Notes: generated from the sequence alone by a model not told the origin. 64,000 nucleotides of DNA from an uncultured Planctomycetaceae bacterium (GCA_963833985.1 CAWIAD010000001.1:3296001-3360000), one strand, 5' to 3'. Shown: positions 20,286-30,541, counted from the stretch's first letter. Made by a program: numbers and translations.

Positions 20286-20861
20286 TCACTGCCGCGTCTG
20301 GCCTGGCCGTTCCATTCCGGCCAGCTTGGACGGAGAGTTGAGGTAGCAGGTGAAGGCCTGGGCAGCGGAGTGCGCCGTTGTGCCGGCGGCTGGCCTGGGC
20401 GAGATCCGGAAACCGCGGTAAATGGTGCGCGACGACTGGCCCGCTTCGTGGACCGTGATGGAGAAGGTGCAGTTGTGCTCGGCGCCAAGCAGTTCGATGT
20501 CGCGAAAGACGAACCTGGCCTTGCCGCCCGACTCGACGCGTAGCCGCTGGGCTCGGAACCGGCTGCTCCGGTTGCCAGGCTTGACCTCGACCTCACAGCC
20601 TTCGGCACCCAGTCCGGCAATCATCAGGCTGAGCTCGACCGTCTGGCAGTCGGCACACGGTTTGTCTTCCGGCCGGCCGGCCGGCGGATTGCCTGGTTTT
20701 TTTGAGTCCGGGGCTTTCGGTGCCGCGGCGCCATTCTGAGCGGCGGATTTCGCCGCCGGAGGCTGGTCGATTGCCGGCTTCTGTGACCGGGCCACACCGC
20801 CCAGGAGGACGGTCACTACCGCAAGCAGTACCACCGCGGTCATCCCTGACCTGATTCGCAT
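20286..20861 (-). CDS. Secreted hypothetical protein
   Basis: Signal peptide MRIRSGMTAVVLLAVV, Pro/Ala linker, then a Cys-containing beta-rich domain. Confidence 0.65.
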   Translation of the reverse strand: MRIRSGMTAVVLLAVVTVLLGGVARSQKPAIDQPPAAKSAAQNGAAAPKAPDSKKPGNPPAGRPEDKPCADCQTVELSLMIAGLGAEGCEVEVKPGNRSSRFRAQRLRVESGGKARFVFRDIELLGAEHNCTFSITVHEAGQSSRTIYRGFRISPRPAAGTTAHSAAQAFTCYLNSPSKLAGMERPGQTRQ

Positions 20862-21172
20862 GGCGGTTGACTCCCTATTCGCGAAGGCTGGCTCACCCCG
20901 GGCCATCCTGGCACCGGGTCCAGTCAGCTTCCGGCTCGTTCCAAGGCAATTCTCCAGCCGCGCATCCGCCGCAGCCAGCGCGTCGAAGGCCGCGACAAGC
21001 GTGTCGATCGGTTGCGCCGGTTGGAAAGTATCATCAGGCGCGGAGGCTGGTAAAGCCCCCGCGAGCCGCGGTCTGCTCCGAGGTGGGCCGCAAGGTACAC
21101 GGGTTCCTTTGCCCGGGCAAGAGCATTCGCCGGAATTCCCTGCGCCGCTGCCCGCGTTTCCGGCCGGCAGCC

Positions 21173-22951
21173 TCAGGGCGAGCTCAGGTCCCGCGCCGCC
21201 ATCACCGGGGGCTGAGCCCTGGACGGACCCGCAATCGAGCCGGGCACGGACGGCACGGTCGTCCGGACGGCCCGGACTGATGTGGCGTTCAGCTCACGCG
21301 CACTGACCACGGAGTTGACCATCTGGTCGACCGAGGGGCTCACCCAGCTCAGCACCAGCGTGTTCGGCAACACTCCCATCGCGACGGTGAGGACGACCAG
21401 CGGCACGGCAATGGCGATTTCGCGCAGGTCCATGTCGGGCAGGCCTTTCCAGGTCTCACTCCGGCCCAGGAAGACGCGCTGGAGGGTCCAGAGGATGTAG
21501 CCGGCCGTGAGCACGACCGCGGTCGCCGCCAGGACGGCCAGCAGGATGCTGTAGTTGAAGGCGGAGAGCACCACGAACACCTCGGCGACGAAGCCGCAGA
21601 GCCCCGGCAAGCCCATGGAGCCGAAGAAGATGACGTACGAGATCGCCCCGTACAGAGGCATGATGTTGTTCAGGCCGCCGAGCTTGTTCAGGTCGCGGGT
21701 GTGAGCCCGGTCGTAGATCACGCCGACCAGGAAAAACATCCCCGCGCTGGTGATCCCGTGCGCCAGCATCATGAACATCGCACCGTTGACGCCGTAGGCG
21801 TAATACTGGGAGTTCGCCCCCAAGTTCATCGCTGCCATGCCCAGCGTGACATAGCCCATGTGGCTCACCGAGCTGTAAGCGACCAGCTTCTTGAAGTCGG
21901 TCTGGGCCATCGCCACCAGGGCCCCGTAGAGGATGCTGAAGACTCCAAGCGCCGCCACGAAGTACGCCCAGTCGTGCGCGCCCGCCGGCGCCAGCGGCCA
22001 GGCCAGGCGGATCAGGCCGTAGCCGCCGATCTTCAGCAGTACGCCGGCCAGGATCATGCTGATGGGAGTGGGCGCCTGCACGTGAGCATCGGGAAGCCAG
22101 GTGTGGAACGGGAACGAGGGGAGCTTGATGATGAAACCGATCAGGAACAGCACGAAGACCCACGACTGGATGCTGCGCCCGTAGTAGCTGGACATGCTGG
22201 CAACGCCCGTGAGCTCGACGATGTCAAACGAGTGGGCGGTGAATGGCTGGAGCTGGCCCGTGGAATTGTAGACGCTCTGGGCCGACTGCACGTCGCCGGG
22301 CCAGAAGTAGAGGATGAGCACGGCCACAAGGATGAATACCGAACCGAACAGCGTGTAGAGCAAGAACTTGATGGCCGCGTACTCGCGGTTCTCGCCGCCC
22401 CAGATGCCGATCAGGAAATACATCGGCAGCAGCATCACCTCGAAGAAGACGTAGAACAGGAACAGGTCCAGGGCGATGAAAACGCCCATCATGCTCGCCG
22501 TCAGCAGCAGGTACAGGGCGTAATAGCCCTTCACCTGTTTGGTGATGTTCCACGAGGCCAGGCAGGCCAGCACGCTCACCAGGCCGGTCAGGACGACCAG
22601 GCTCAGGCTGATGCCGTCCAGTCCAAGGAAGTACTGGATATTGAAGTAAGGAATCCAGGATCGGCGGATCACCAGGTCGTTCTGCCCGGCCGATTCATCG
22701 GAGATCGACAGCGCCCCGGTACCGTCCCGCAGCAGCAGGTTGTGCATCGCCCGTTCCTGGAGCGGCGTGCTCGATGGCCCTTCCTGCACATAGAGCCCCA
22801 GCGCGATCAGTGACACCACGAAGGTGAGCACCGTGGCGGCCAGTGCGACATATTTGATCGCACCCTCCGAGCGCCGGGGAATGATCAGAACGGCGACCAT
22901 TCCGATCACGGGAATCAGCCACAGGGAGCTCAGCAGCAGGTAGTCGCTCAT
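21173..22951 (-). CDS. nuoM: NADH-quinone oxidoreductase subunit M
   Basis: LGLDGIS, FYVFFEVMLLPMYFLIGIWG, PFHTWLPDAHVQAPT, LLKIGGYG, AYSSVSHMG. Confidence 0.96.
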   Translation of the reverse strand: MSDYLLLSSLWLIPVIGMVAVLIIPRRSEGAIKYVALAATVLTFVVSLIALGLYVQEGPSSTPLQERAMHNLLLRDGTGALSISDESAGQNDLVIRRSWIPYFNIQYFLGLDGISLSLVVLTGLVSVLACLASWNITKQVKGYYALYLLLTASMMGVFIALDLFLFYVFFEVMLLPMYFLIGIWGGENREYAAIKFLLYTLFGSVFILVAVLILYFWPGDVQSAQSVYNSTGQLQPFTAHSFDIVELTGVASMSSYYGRSIQSWVFVLFLIGFIIKLPSFPFHTWLPDAHVQAPTPISMILAGVLLKIGGYGLIRLAWPLAPAGAHDWAYFVAALGVFSILYGALVAMAQTDFKKLVAYSSVSHMGYVTLGMAAMNLGANSQYYAYGVNGAMFMMLAHGITSAGMFFLVGVIYDRAHTRDLNKLGGLNNIMPLYGAISYVIFFGSMGLPGLCGFVAEVFVVLSAFNYSILLAVLAATAVVLTAGYILWTLQRVFLGRSETWKGLPDMDLREIAIAVPLVVLTVAMGVLPNTLVLSWVSPSVDQMVNSVVSARELNATSVRAVRTTVPSVPGSIAGPSRAQPPVMAARDLSSP

Positions 22952-23038
22952 GTCGCGGTCACCAGTTTCGTGATCAGGGTTCGCGAGCTGGCCAGGACCG
23001 GCTCGCCGCTTCGGTTATGATCGATTCGGAACGGAGAA

Positions 23039-25384
23039 CTAACCGGAAATCCATACGAAGACGCCGGCGAACAGGCCCACCATCATGACGGCCAGGAACA
23101 TCAGGTAGTTGCGCAGCTTGCCGGTCTGGATGGCGCGGCTGCGGTCGCCAGCCACGTAGACCATCTGCCCGACCAGGTTCACCAGGCCGTCCACACCCAG
23201 CCGGTCGAAGACCCCGTCGAGGTGGCTGAGGCGCTCGGTAAGGTACGCCATCGAGTTCACCAGGCCGTCGACCAGGATCCGGTCCACGTCGGCACACAAT
23301 CGGGCCAAGGCCAGGCAGGGCCGGACGAACAGGGCCCAGTAAATTTCATCGAAGTACCATTTGTTCTTGAAGAGCTGGTAGAGCCCCGAGAACTGATGGG
23401 CTGCCCGCGCCGGGCTGAGGCGCGTGGACACGAAGTAAGGCAGGTTCGCCGGGGCGTAGTACAGGGCTGCCAGGCCAATTCCCAGGGCCGCGATCACCAG
23501 CGAACAGCCCAGGGCGTACCAGTGCGCCCAGTGGGATTCGATCACCGTGGTGGGCTCGCCATACTCGATCATCTTCTCGAGCACGGGCGTGCCCAGGGGC
23601 AGGCCGATGTACACGGTCCAGCCAACGAAGATGCTACAGAAGGCCAGGATCAGGAGCGGCCAGGTCATGACCGGCTCGCTCTCGTGGGCGTGAGCGGCCG
23701 GGTTCGGGTCGTGATGGCCCGGCCCGTGGCCGTGAGCCACCTCTTGCTGGACGAGCGTGTGCTCCTCGTCATGAACGTGGGCCGATGCGACGGTGGCGAC
23801 GCTGGGGAACCCGCGCGGCTCGCCGGCGAAGGTGAGGAACCACATCCGGAACATGTACAGCGCGGTGAGCACGGCACCCACGGCCGGCAGCACGAAGAGC
23901 AGGACCTGCCGGGGATCTTCCGCCACCCGCGCGATGGCCGCGGCAAGGATCGCGTCCTTCGAGTAGAACCCGCTGAAGAACGGCACCCCCGAGATCGCCA
24001 GCGTGCCCACCAGCATCGTGTACGCCGTGATCGGCATCTTCCTCTGAAGCCCGCCCAGCGCGGGCATCTCGTAGGTGTGCACGCTGTGGTAGACGCTGCC
24101 GGCGCCCAGGAAGAGGAGCGCCTTGAAGAAGGCATGCGTGAGTAAATGGAAGAGCCCTGCCGCACGGCCGCCTACGCCAAGGCCCAGCATCATGAACCCG
24201 AGCTGGCTGACCGTCGAGTAGGCCAGCACCTTCTTGTAGTCGGTCTGCACCATGGCGATTGTTGCCGCGATGAAGAGCGTGATCCCTCCTGTGTAGGCGA
24301 TGTACAGCAGGACCGGCGGCGTGAACACGGGGAAAAACCGGCCCACCAGGTAGACCCCCGCGGCCACCATCGTGGCGGCGTGGATCAGCGCGGAGACGGG
24401 CGTCGGCCCCGCCATCGCGTCGGGCAGCCACACGTGAAGCGGGAACTGTGCGCTCTTGCCCACGCAGCCCGCAAACACGCCAAGGCCGGCCACGGTGAGC
24501 ACCCAGTAAGGAATCCGTAGGGGCTGGGCATGCGGTTCGGCGGCAATCTGGGCGGGGTGGAACTCAACCACCTCTTGCCCGGACGCATCGACGGCGACGT
24601 TCAGCTCCCCGGTCGGACCGCGCAGGCCTTCGCTGATCTCGTGAAAACTGAACGTCCCCAGGCTGGTCCACAACAGTCCCAGACCCACCAGCATGCCAAC
24701 GTCGCCGATGCGGTTGACGATGAACGCCTTGTTGGCCGCATCGCTGTTGTTCTTCTCCTCGTACCAGAAACCGATCAGGAGATACGAGCAGACTCCCACC
24801 AGCTCCCAGAAGATAAAGATCATGAAGACGTTCGACGACGCCACCAGCCCCAGCATGGAAAAGCAAAAGAGTGACAGGTACGCGAAGAACCTGGGGTACC
24901 GCGCGTCGTCGTGCATGTAGCCCATCGAGTAGATATGGATCAGCGTGGCGATGAACGACACCATCAGGAACATGAGGACCGAAAGGTTGTCGATGTACAC
25001 GCCCAGCGGGAAGGTCAGCGCCTTGCCGGCCAGCGAATCGCCGCCGGGGTTGGCCAGCGGCTTGCCACCCAGCAGCACCCAGTCGAAGCTGGCCTGCCAG
25101 ACCAGGGGCTCGTGCGCCTCGCGGTGGGCCAGAGCCTCGCCCGTCTTCTCGCCCAGAACGCCTGGCTCGGCTTCGGCGGCCGCGTGATGCTCGGTCCAGA
25201 CCCCCTCGGCGGTGAGGTAATAACCGACGAAGCCAGCCAGGCTGAGCAGGAACGACAGCCCGATCGCCCCCGTGGCGAGGTAGGCGCAAAGCCTTTTCAA
25301 CTGGCGGATGAAGAGCACCTCGATGATGAACGCGGCCAGCGGAATCAAGACGGCTGCCGTGTAGAGAGGAACCTGCCACTTCAT
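23039..25384 (-). CDS. nuoL: NADH-quinone oxidoreductase subunit L
   Basis: WELVGVCSYLLIGFW, KAFIVNRIGD, GKSAQFPLHVWLPDAMAGPTPVSALIHAATMV, THAFFKALLFL, QTGKLRNY. Start at MKWQ (25384). Confidence 0.96.
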   Translation of the reverse strand: MKWQVPLYTAAVLIPLAAFIIEVLFIRQLKRLCAYLATGAIGLSFLLSLAGFVGYYLTAEGVWTEHHAAAEAEPGVLGEKTGEALAHREAHEPLVWQASFDWVLLGGKPLANPGGDSLAGKALTFPLGVYIDNLSVLMFLMVSFIATLIHIYSMGYMHDDARYPRFFAYLSLFCFSMLGLVASSNVFMIFIFWELVGVCSYLLIGFWYEEKNNSDAANKAFIVNRIGDVGMLVGLGLLWTSLGTFSFHEISEGLRGPTGELNVAVDASGQEVVEFHPAQIAAEPHAQPLRIPYWVLTVAGLGVFAGCVGKSAQFPLHVWLPDAMAGPTPVSALIHAATMVAAGVYLVGRFFPVFTPPVLLYIAYTGGITLFIAATIAMVQTDYKKVLAYSTVSQLGFMMLGLGVGGRAAGLFHLLTHAFFKALLFLGAGSVYHSVHTYEMPALGGLQRKMPITAYTMLVGTLAISGVPFFSGFYSKDAILAAAIARVAEDPRQVLLFVLPAVGAVLTALYMFRMWFLTFAGEPRGFPSVATVASAHVHDEEHTLVQQEVAHGHGPGHHDPNPAAHAHESEPVMTWPLLILAFCSIFVGWTVYIGLPLGTPVLEKMIEYGEPTTVIESHWAHWYALGCSLVIAALGIGLAALYYAPANLPYFVSTRLSPARAAHQFSGLYQLFKNKWYFDEIYWALFVRPCLALARLCADVDRILVDGLVNSMAYLTERLSHLDGVFDRLGVDGLVNLVGQMVYVAGDRSRAIQTGKLRNYLMFLAVMMVGLFAGVFVWISG

Positions 25385-25790
25385 GAAGTTCTGTTCCTTG
25401 GCGGTTTTCGTATCGGCTTGCGCCGGGTCTACCCGGGAGCCGAGTCCATCAGGCTCGATGCGCCTGATCGCCCCCGTTGTCTGGCCAGCCCCGGGCAACC
25501 CGCGACGGAAGCCTGGGTATTGCGCGCGATTGTGAAATATGTCACAGCCCCGCGCTCATTGCAAGACCCTGGAGGGACGGCGAACCGGCTCCGGTCGACG
25601 CCCGGTCCCGCGAGGATCGCGGCAGGCCGTGGCGCACCGCCCTGCGCTCCGCCGCAACCCGGCGCGCTCGTCCAACCCCTCCGCGCCGTTCAATGAGCAG
25701 GGAGAGGAGGCTTCCGGCCGGTCCGTGCTTACACGGGCCTGCCGTTGCCTCCTCTTCCTTCACGGCGGATCGGGTGCAGGGGGACGGCAC

Positions 25791-26441
25791 TCAGCGGTAG
25801 ATGAAGGTGCCGCTCGCCACCGAAGTCTGGACGTAGCCCGCCAGGTCGGCCTTGAGCTGCTGCACCATCTGAACGCCCGAGCCGGGCACCGTCGGGTCGT
25901 AGATGCTCGTATCGGCCTGCCACGTGGGCAGGAGGTCGCTGTGGCCGTAGGGGATCTGCGCGGAGATCTGCGACAGCTTGGCGAGGAACTGGTTCTCGTT
26001 GTGGGTCTTCGCGAAGGTGCCGGCCGCACGGTCAAGCTGGTGCAACACGTTACCCAGCGTCCGGTGTGAGAGGACCGGAAGCGCCGGGCTGGCCGGCGGA
26101 ACCACCGACGTGTTGTATGACTGGACATAGCTGCCCAGGTCGGCCTTGAGCTGCTGCACCATCTGGACGCCCGAGCCGGGCACCGTCGGGTCGTACAGCG
26201 TCGCGTCGCTTTGCCACGTCGGCAGCAGATTCATGCGTCCGTAGGGGATCTCGGCGGAGATCTGCGACAGCTTGGCAAGGAACTGGTTCTCGTTGTGGGT
26301 CTTGGCGAATGTGCCGGCCGCCCTGTCGAGCTGGTGCACCATGTTGCCCACGGTGTGCTGAGAGATCACTCCGAACCCCGAGAGCAGGGCTTTGCCTTCG
26401 AGTGACTCGACCCGCAGCGCGTAGTTTCGTCGGGTTCTCAT
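25791..26441 (-). CDS. Planctomycete extracellular protein made of two tandem domains of about 80-100 aa
   Basis: N-terminal VESLEGKALLS motif; two near-identical units HQLDRAAGTFAKTHNENQFLAKLSQISA.IPYG...YDPTVPGSGVQMVQQLKADL. Confidence 0.85.
   Translation of the reverse strand: MRTRRNYALRVESLEGKALLSGFGVISQHTVGNMVHQLDRAAGTFAKTHNENQFLAKLSQISAEIPYGRMNLLPTWQSDATLYDPTVPGSGVQMVQQLKADLGSYVQSYNTSVVPPASPALPVLSHRTLGNVLHQLDRAAGTFAKTHNENQFLAKLSQISAQIPYGHSDLLPTWQADTSIYDPTVPGSGVQMVQQLKADLAGYVQTSVASGTFIYR
25830..26360. repeat. Intragenic direct repeat, period 300 bp
   Basis: For example, gtcggccttgagctgctgcaccatctg occurs at about 25845 and 26139, and ggaactggttctcgttgtgggtctt at about 25985 and 26279. 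These markers are about 294 bp apart. Confidence 0.85.
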
Positions 26442-27032
26442 CGGATGCGGTCCTTTCTTCAGGATGTGGTCGCCAGTGATGGAGGGGCAGGTGGTGGCCG
26501 ACGCGCCGCTGCGAGGCGAGATCTCACGATGTGCGTGGCGCCTGGCCGTCTTGAATCCCGGAGAGCCCATCGCCCTCCGCATGCCCTCCACCAATGGCTC
26601 CGCGAATCCGCCTGAGGCATGCAACGCCCCTTGGAGGTTTTTTTCCGTTTGGAGGCACGGTCTACCCGAGCGAACCGTCCGGAAGCGGGTCGCCTTGCAC
26701 GAGCCGAGGGTAAGAAACCTGCAAGCATGGGAATCCCGCACGGCCTTGCGAACTTTGGAATCAACCGGAGAGGGGCGATCACGGCTCCCGGTCAGACGCG
26801 CACGGTTCAGCCGTCGGGTCGAGCCGTTCACGAAAAACCTGCTGCGTCGCAGTGCGCGGCTGCGATGCTGCTGTGGCCGGTATACGCAGGACCACGCATC
26901 GAGTAGACTGATCGCCGCAGGTCCGGGCAGATGCGCGGGTCCCCGAGCCGTTGGATGGTCATGACCGAGCCGCTCGCGGTTGGCGACTGATTCGAGGTGA
27001 AAGAAGAGGTCGGCCTCGCGGCCTGTGGTGAG

Positions 27033-28177
27033 ATGCCGGTGCCGGAGATCGAGCAGTGGGGGCAAGTGAGTACCACGCTCGACCAGGGAGGAACGGCCGA
27101 GCCCGCGTCGCAGCGTAAAATTATTCATATCGACATGGACGCGTTCTATGCGTCCGTCGAGCAGCGGGACAATCCAGAGCTGCTCGGCAAGCCCGTCGCG
27201 GTTGGCGGCGCACGCGAGCGCGGCGTTGTGGCGGCAGCCAGCTACGAGGCTCGCCGATTCGGCGTCAAGTCCGCCATGCCCTCGGTGACCGCCAGAAGAA
27301 AGTGCCCGGAGCTGATCTTCGTGAAACCGCGGTTCGAGGTCTATCGAGAGGTGTCGCAACAGATCCGCGAAGTCTTTGCCGCGTACACCGTCCTCGTCGA
27401 GCCGCTGTCCCTCGACGAGGCATATCTCGATGTCACACGGAACCTCAAGAACATGTCGTCGGCCACCGAGATCGCCAAGGAAATCCGGGCGCGGATCCGC
27501 TCCGAGACCGGGCTCACGGCGTCCGCGGGCGTCTCATACAACAAGTTCCTCGCCAAGATCGGGTCCGACGAGCGCAAGCCCGATGGGCTCTTCGTGATCA
27601 CGCCGAGGATGGGCCCGGCCTTCATCGAGCACCTCCCGGTCGGCAGGTTTCACGGGATTGGTCCGGTCACGGCGCCAGGATGGAGCAGCTTGGGATTCAC
27701 AACGGCGGCGACCTCCAGGCCCGGACCCTGTCTTTTCTGGAGCAGCATTTCGGCAAGGCGGGCCCGTACTATCATGCGCTGGCGCGGGGCATCGACGAAC
27801 GACAGGTCTGCGCGGATCGCGTTCGCAAATCCATCGGCGCTGAAACGACCTTCAATTCAGATCTCTTTACTCTCGATGAGGCTCGCGTGGCTCTGGGACC
27901 GCTCATCGCAAAGGTCTGGTCATACTCGGAAGACTCGAGTATCCGGGCGCGTACGGTGACGCTCAAGGCCAAGTACGCAGACTTCCAGCAGGTCACTCGC
28001 AGCCGCACGTGCCAGTCGCCGTTCGGCGCTCAAGCAGAAATCGAGGCCGTCGTCTACGAGCTGATTGACTTGCTCTTTCCTGTCCGCAAGGGCGTCCGTC
28101 TTCTCGGTGTGACGCTGTCGTCGCTGGGGGACGAGACCCGACCTGAGCGTCAACTTCGCCTGGCGTTTCCAGACTGA
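27033..28177 (+). CDS. dinB: DNA polymerase IV (DinB) with an apparent 1-nt frameshift at about 27672
   Basis: RKIIHIDMDAFYASVEQRD, SYEAR, SLDEAYLD and NKFLAK in ORF 26997..27959. The protein continues ARMEQLGI...RKSIGAETTF...VRLLGVTLS in ORF 27302..28177. The start is uncertain. Confidence 0.95.
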
Positions 28178-28269
28178 ACCGGCGAGACATGGGGACGGGC
28201 GGGTGAGCGAACGTGAATAAAACGACTTCCGTCCGCCGATCTCCACACCGCCTGAACCTGTGGTTCACC

Positions 28270-28309
28270 TCAGTGTGAACGCGATCCAGTCAGTGTGAAC
28301 GCGATCCAG
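28270..28309. repeat. Perfect 20-bp tandem duplication
   Basis: TCAGTGTGAACGCGATCCAG at 28270-28289 and again at 28290-28309. Confidence 0.95.
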
Positions 28310-29628
28310 CAGGTGGTCCACCGATCCGCTTCCGCGCCGGTGGCGTATTCCTGATACGTCCAGATTCTGGTCGGGTCGGAGGGGTCGAGACAGGTGGCGT
28401 TGTAGTTTCCCCATTGAATTCCGTACCGGCCTTCACGGCTGGATCTGAAGACTGTCGTTCCTGGCGCGGCGAGGATCGGTGGGCGCATCGTGTTTCTGGG
28501 ATCGCCGGCCGCGTGCATCATGACAACGGCCGAGGGGAATTCCTGCTCCGATGATCTTGTGCAGCCGAGACCCACGTTGCCGTTCGCGTCGACCGCCAGC
28601 GTGGGGATCAGGTAGTCGCATGCCGGGTCGTCGATGAAGCCTTCCTGTAACAGCGCGCCATCGCTGCCTCGGACTTCGCACCAGAAGATGCCCGGGCGCG
28701 AGTCGATCGCGCGCTTCGCCCCGTTGCACGTGAAGAAACCCCCCTTGTGCGCGTAGACGCACGTGGTGCGCCGGGCTTCGTCGGCACGAAGCCTGCGCCC
28801 CGGAGCGGGCTGGCTGGCCTGGTTCTTCAGTGATGCTCCATTGGGGCTCTCATACGTCTTGCTCAGCGGAACCGCCTGCAATTTCGAGATGCTCGCGGCA
28901 TTCCCCGCCCAGGTGATCTTGTACAGATAGAGCCTGGAAAAATGATTGCCGAACTCGCGGTTGAGCAGGATCTCAGGCGCATCGGCCGGCTTGTCCGGGT
29001 CAAGGTCAGTCGCCGGAAAGCAGTCGATTTCCAGATTGGCGAAAGTTCGCAGATGTTCGAGGCTCGGCCCGTCAGCGGCCAAGGCGTCCGCCTTCGGTAT
29101 TGCATGAACGCTCATCATTGTGTGGATATTACCGGTCAAAACAACATAAGCGATGTAGAGCCCGTTCTTGTCCACTCCCATCTTCATGCCCGGATCGGTC
29201 GGGGCCATGGGGAGCACGATCCCCCTCCAGCCCCTGGTGGGGTCCGACGTTTGCGACACGGCGAGGTATCCCACGGAGTCTTTCTTCAGCTCGGCGACGA
29301 CACCGAACCAGCGTCCGGAGAGCGGGTCATACAGCAGGCGCGGGTCGTTCAGCCCGGGCAAATTGAATCTCGGATTGGCGGCCTTCCAGAACTCCGTCTG
29401 GGTCATCTGCCGCACCACCTTGCCGGTTCTCTTGTCGTGGACCACCACGCAGGCATTCGTGAGGTCGACCACGTGATCTGGACCCACGGCGCCCACGTTG
29501 TCGGGGCAGTCCTTTGGCCCTGGCCCGGATGCCCCGGGAAACGTGGTGAGAATCTTCACTTCTCCTGCGTCCGTCGTGGCCGATACGAGAAGCGAAACGA
29601 GCAAGGCGATCCTCGACACTGTCGTCAT
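28270..29628 (-). CDS. Secreted hypothetical protein (beta-propeller-like)
   Basis: Signal peptide; PDNVGAVGPDHVV, DPRLLYDPLSGRW, AVSQTSDPT, WGNYNATCLDPSDPTRIWTYQEY. Divergent from the borosin operon. Confidence 0.75.
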   Translation of the reverse strand: MTTVSRIALLVSLLVSATTDAGEVKILTTFPGASGPGPKDCPDNVGAVGPDHVVDLTNACVVVHDKRTGKVVRQMTQTEFWKAANPRFNLPGLNDPRLLYDPLSGRWFGVVAELKKDSVGYLAVSQTSDPTRGWRGIVLPMAPTDPGMKMGVDKNGLYIAYVVLTGNIHTMMSVHAIPKADALAADGPSLEHLRTFANLEIDCFPATDLDPDKPADAPEILLNREFGNHFSRLYLYKITWAGNAASISKLQAVPLSKTYESPNGASLKNQASQPAPGRRLRADEARRTTCVYAHKGGFFTCNGAKRAIDSRPGIFWCEVRGSDGALLQEGFIDDPACDYLIPTLAVDANGNVGLGCTRSSEQEFPSAVVMMHAAGDPRNTMRPPILAAPGTTVFRSSREGRYGIQWGNYNATCLDPSDPTRIWTYQEYATGAEADRWTTCWIAFTLTGSRSH

Positions 29629-30052
29629 GTCGACTTCACTCCGCAATTGAAGAGGTCGCAGCGCATCCTTGGGATTGCCCGGTCCGTCCGCCCTGTCATA
29701 TCACTTCCCGATCAGCCTGCTTCCGCGTTGCGGCAAAGTCAAGGGTTGCGACCAGTCCCGACCTGGACCGAGATCGATGTCACGTGCTTCAATCCCATCG
29801 GCGGGCTGTCGGACACTCGACCCTTGCCAGGAGCCCGAAGAGATCTCCGGGAGCCCGGTTACCGGTTCCGGCGCATGGCCGTTTTCGAGTCAGTCAACTG
29901 TTTATTTGCACGCGCCGGGGCCGTTTGTGGAGAGACCTGTTGGCATTCGGGAGCGCCCGGGGCGGGTGAGCCGCCGGTACGCACTTGCTCCGGAACAGTC
30001 GGCCCAAAGGGGGTGTTCCGCTTGCATATCATCGGGATCGCGCTTTTTTCGT

Positions 30053-30081
30053 TTGCAAAGTGGATAGGGCTGTCTTAATCT
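30053..30081 (+). promoter_or_regulatory. Putative sigma70 promoter of the borosin operon
   Basis: TTGCAA (30053-30058), a 17-nt spacer, then TAATCT (30076-30081), preceded by a T-rich tract. An AAGGAG RBS precedes the ATG at 30146. Confidence 0.6.
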
Positions 30082-30145
30082 GTGACCTTCAACTCCCGAT
30101 CGCTCAATCGACCGGGCATCACTTCGATCGACCAAGGAGAAGACA

Positions 30146-30406
30146 ATGGCGACCTCTCTGCAACGGTTGCTGGTGCGGCTGGCAGTGGATGCGGAGCTGT
30201 ACGCGGAGTACCTCGAAGATCGCACCGCCGTCATGGGCCGGTTCGACCTGGACCCGGAGGAAATTGCCGCGATTGAGAGCCGCGACGTTGGGAAGATCGT
30301 CGCGCGGCTCTCTCCCGAAATGGCAGCGGGCATCCGGGGCACCGGTCAAGTGGTGGTCTCGCATAAGGCACTGATCCCTTCGATGGTGGAATTCGCCGGC
30401 GATTGA
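30146..30406 (+). CDS. Split-borosin RiPP precursor (SonA-like: LigA-type helical borosin-binding domain + C-terminal core)
   Basis: LAVDAELYAEYLEDRTAVMGRFDLDPEEIAAIESRD matches the SonA leader pattern as I recall it (LGQDAQLMEDYKQNPEAVMRAHGLTDEQINAVMTGD). The core QVVVSH parallels SonA YLVISH. Good RBS, directly upstream of a borosin methyltransferase. Confidence 0.88.
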   Translation: MATSLQRLLVRLAVDAELYAEYLEDRTAVMGRFDLDPEEIAAIESRDVGKIVARLSPEMAAGIRGTGQVVVSHKALIPSMVEFAGD

Positions 30407-30541
30407 TACAGCCGGCTGCTTGCCAGGTTTCGTTTTTCGGGGCGCCGTCAGCATCGTTGGCAACCAGACCGGGCTCAACTTGCATTGGCCGTCCTGCGGA
30501 AGACTCGCCCAGCCCGAGCAGAGCAGAGGGTCACGATTGCC

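Noticed and set aside
26442..27359. 306-aa N-terminal extension of ORF 25791..27359
   Set aside because: It is antisense to dinB and intergenic DNA. The real start is at 26441, preceded by an AAAGGA RBS.
27660..27690. Programmed frameshift in dinB
   Set aside because: There is no slippery heptamer, and many similar indels occur across the window.
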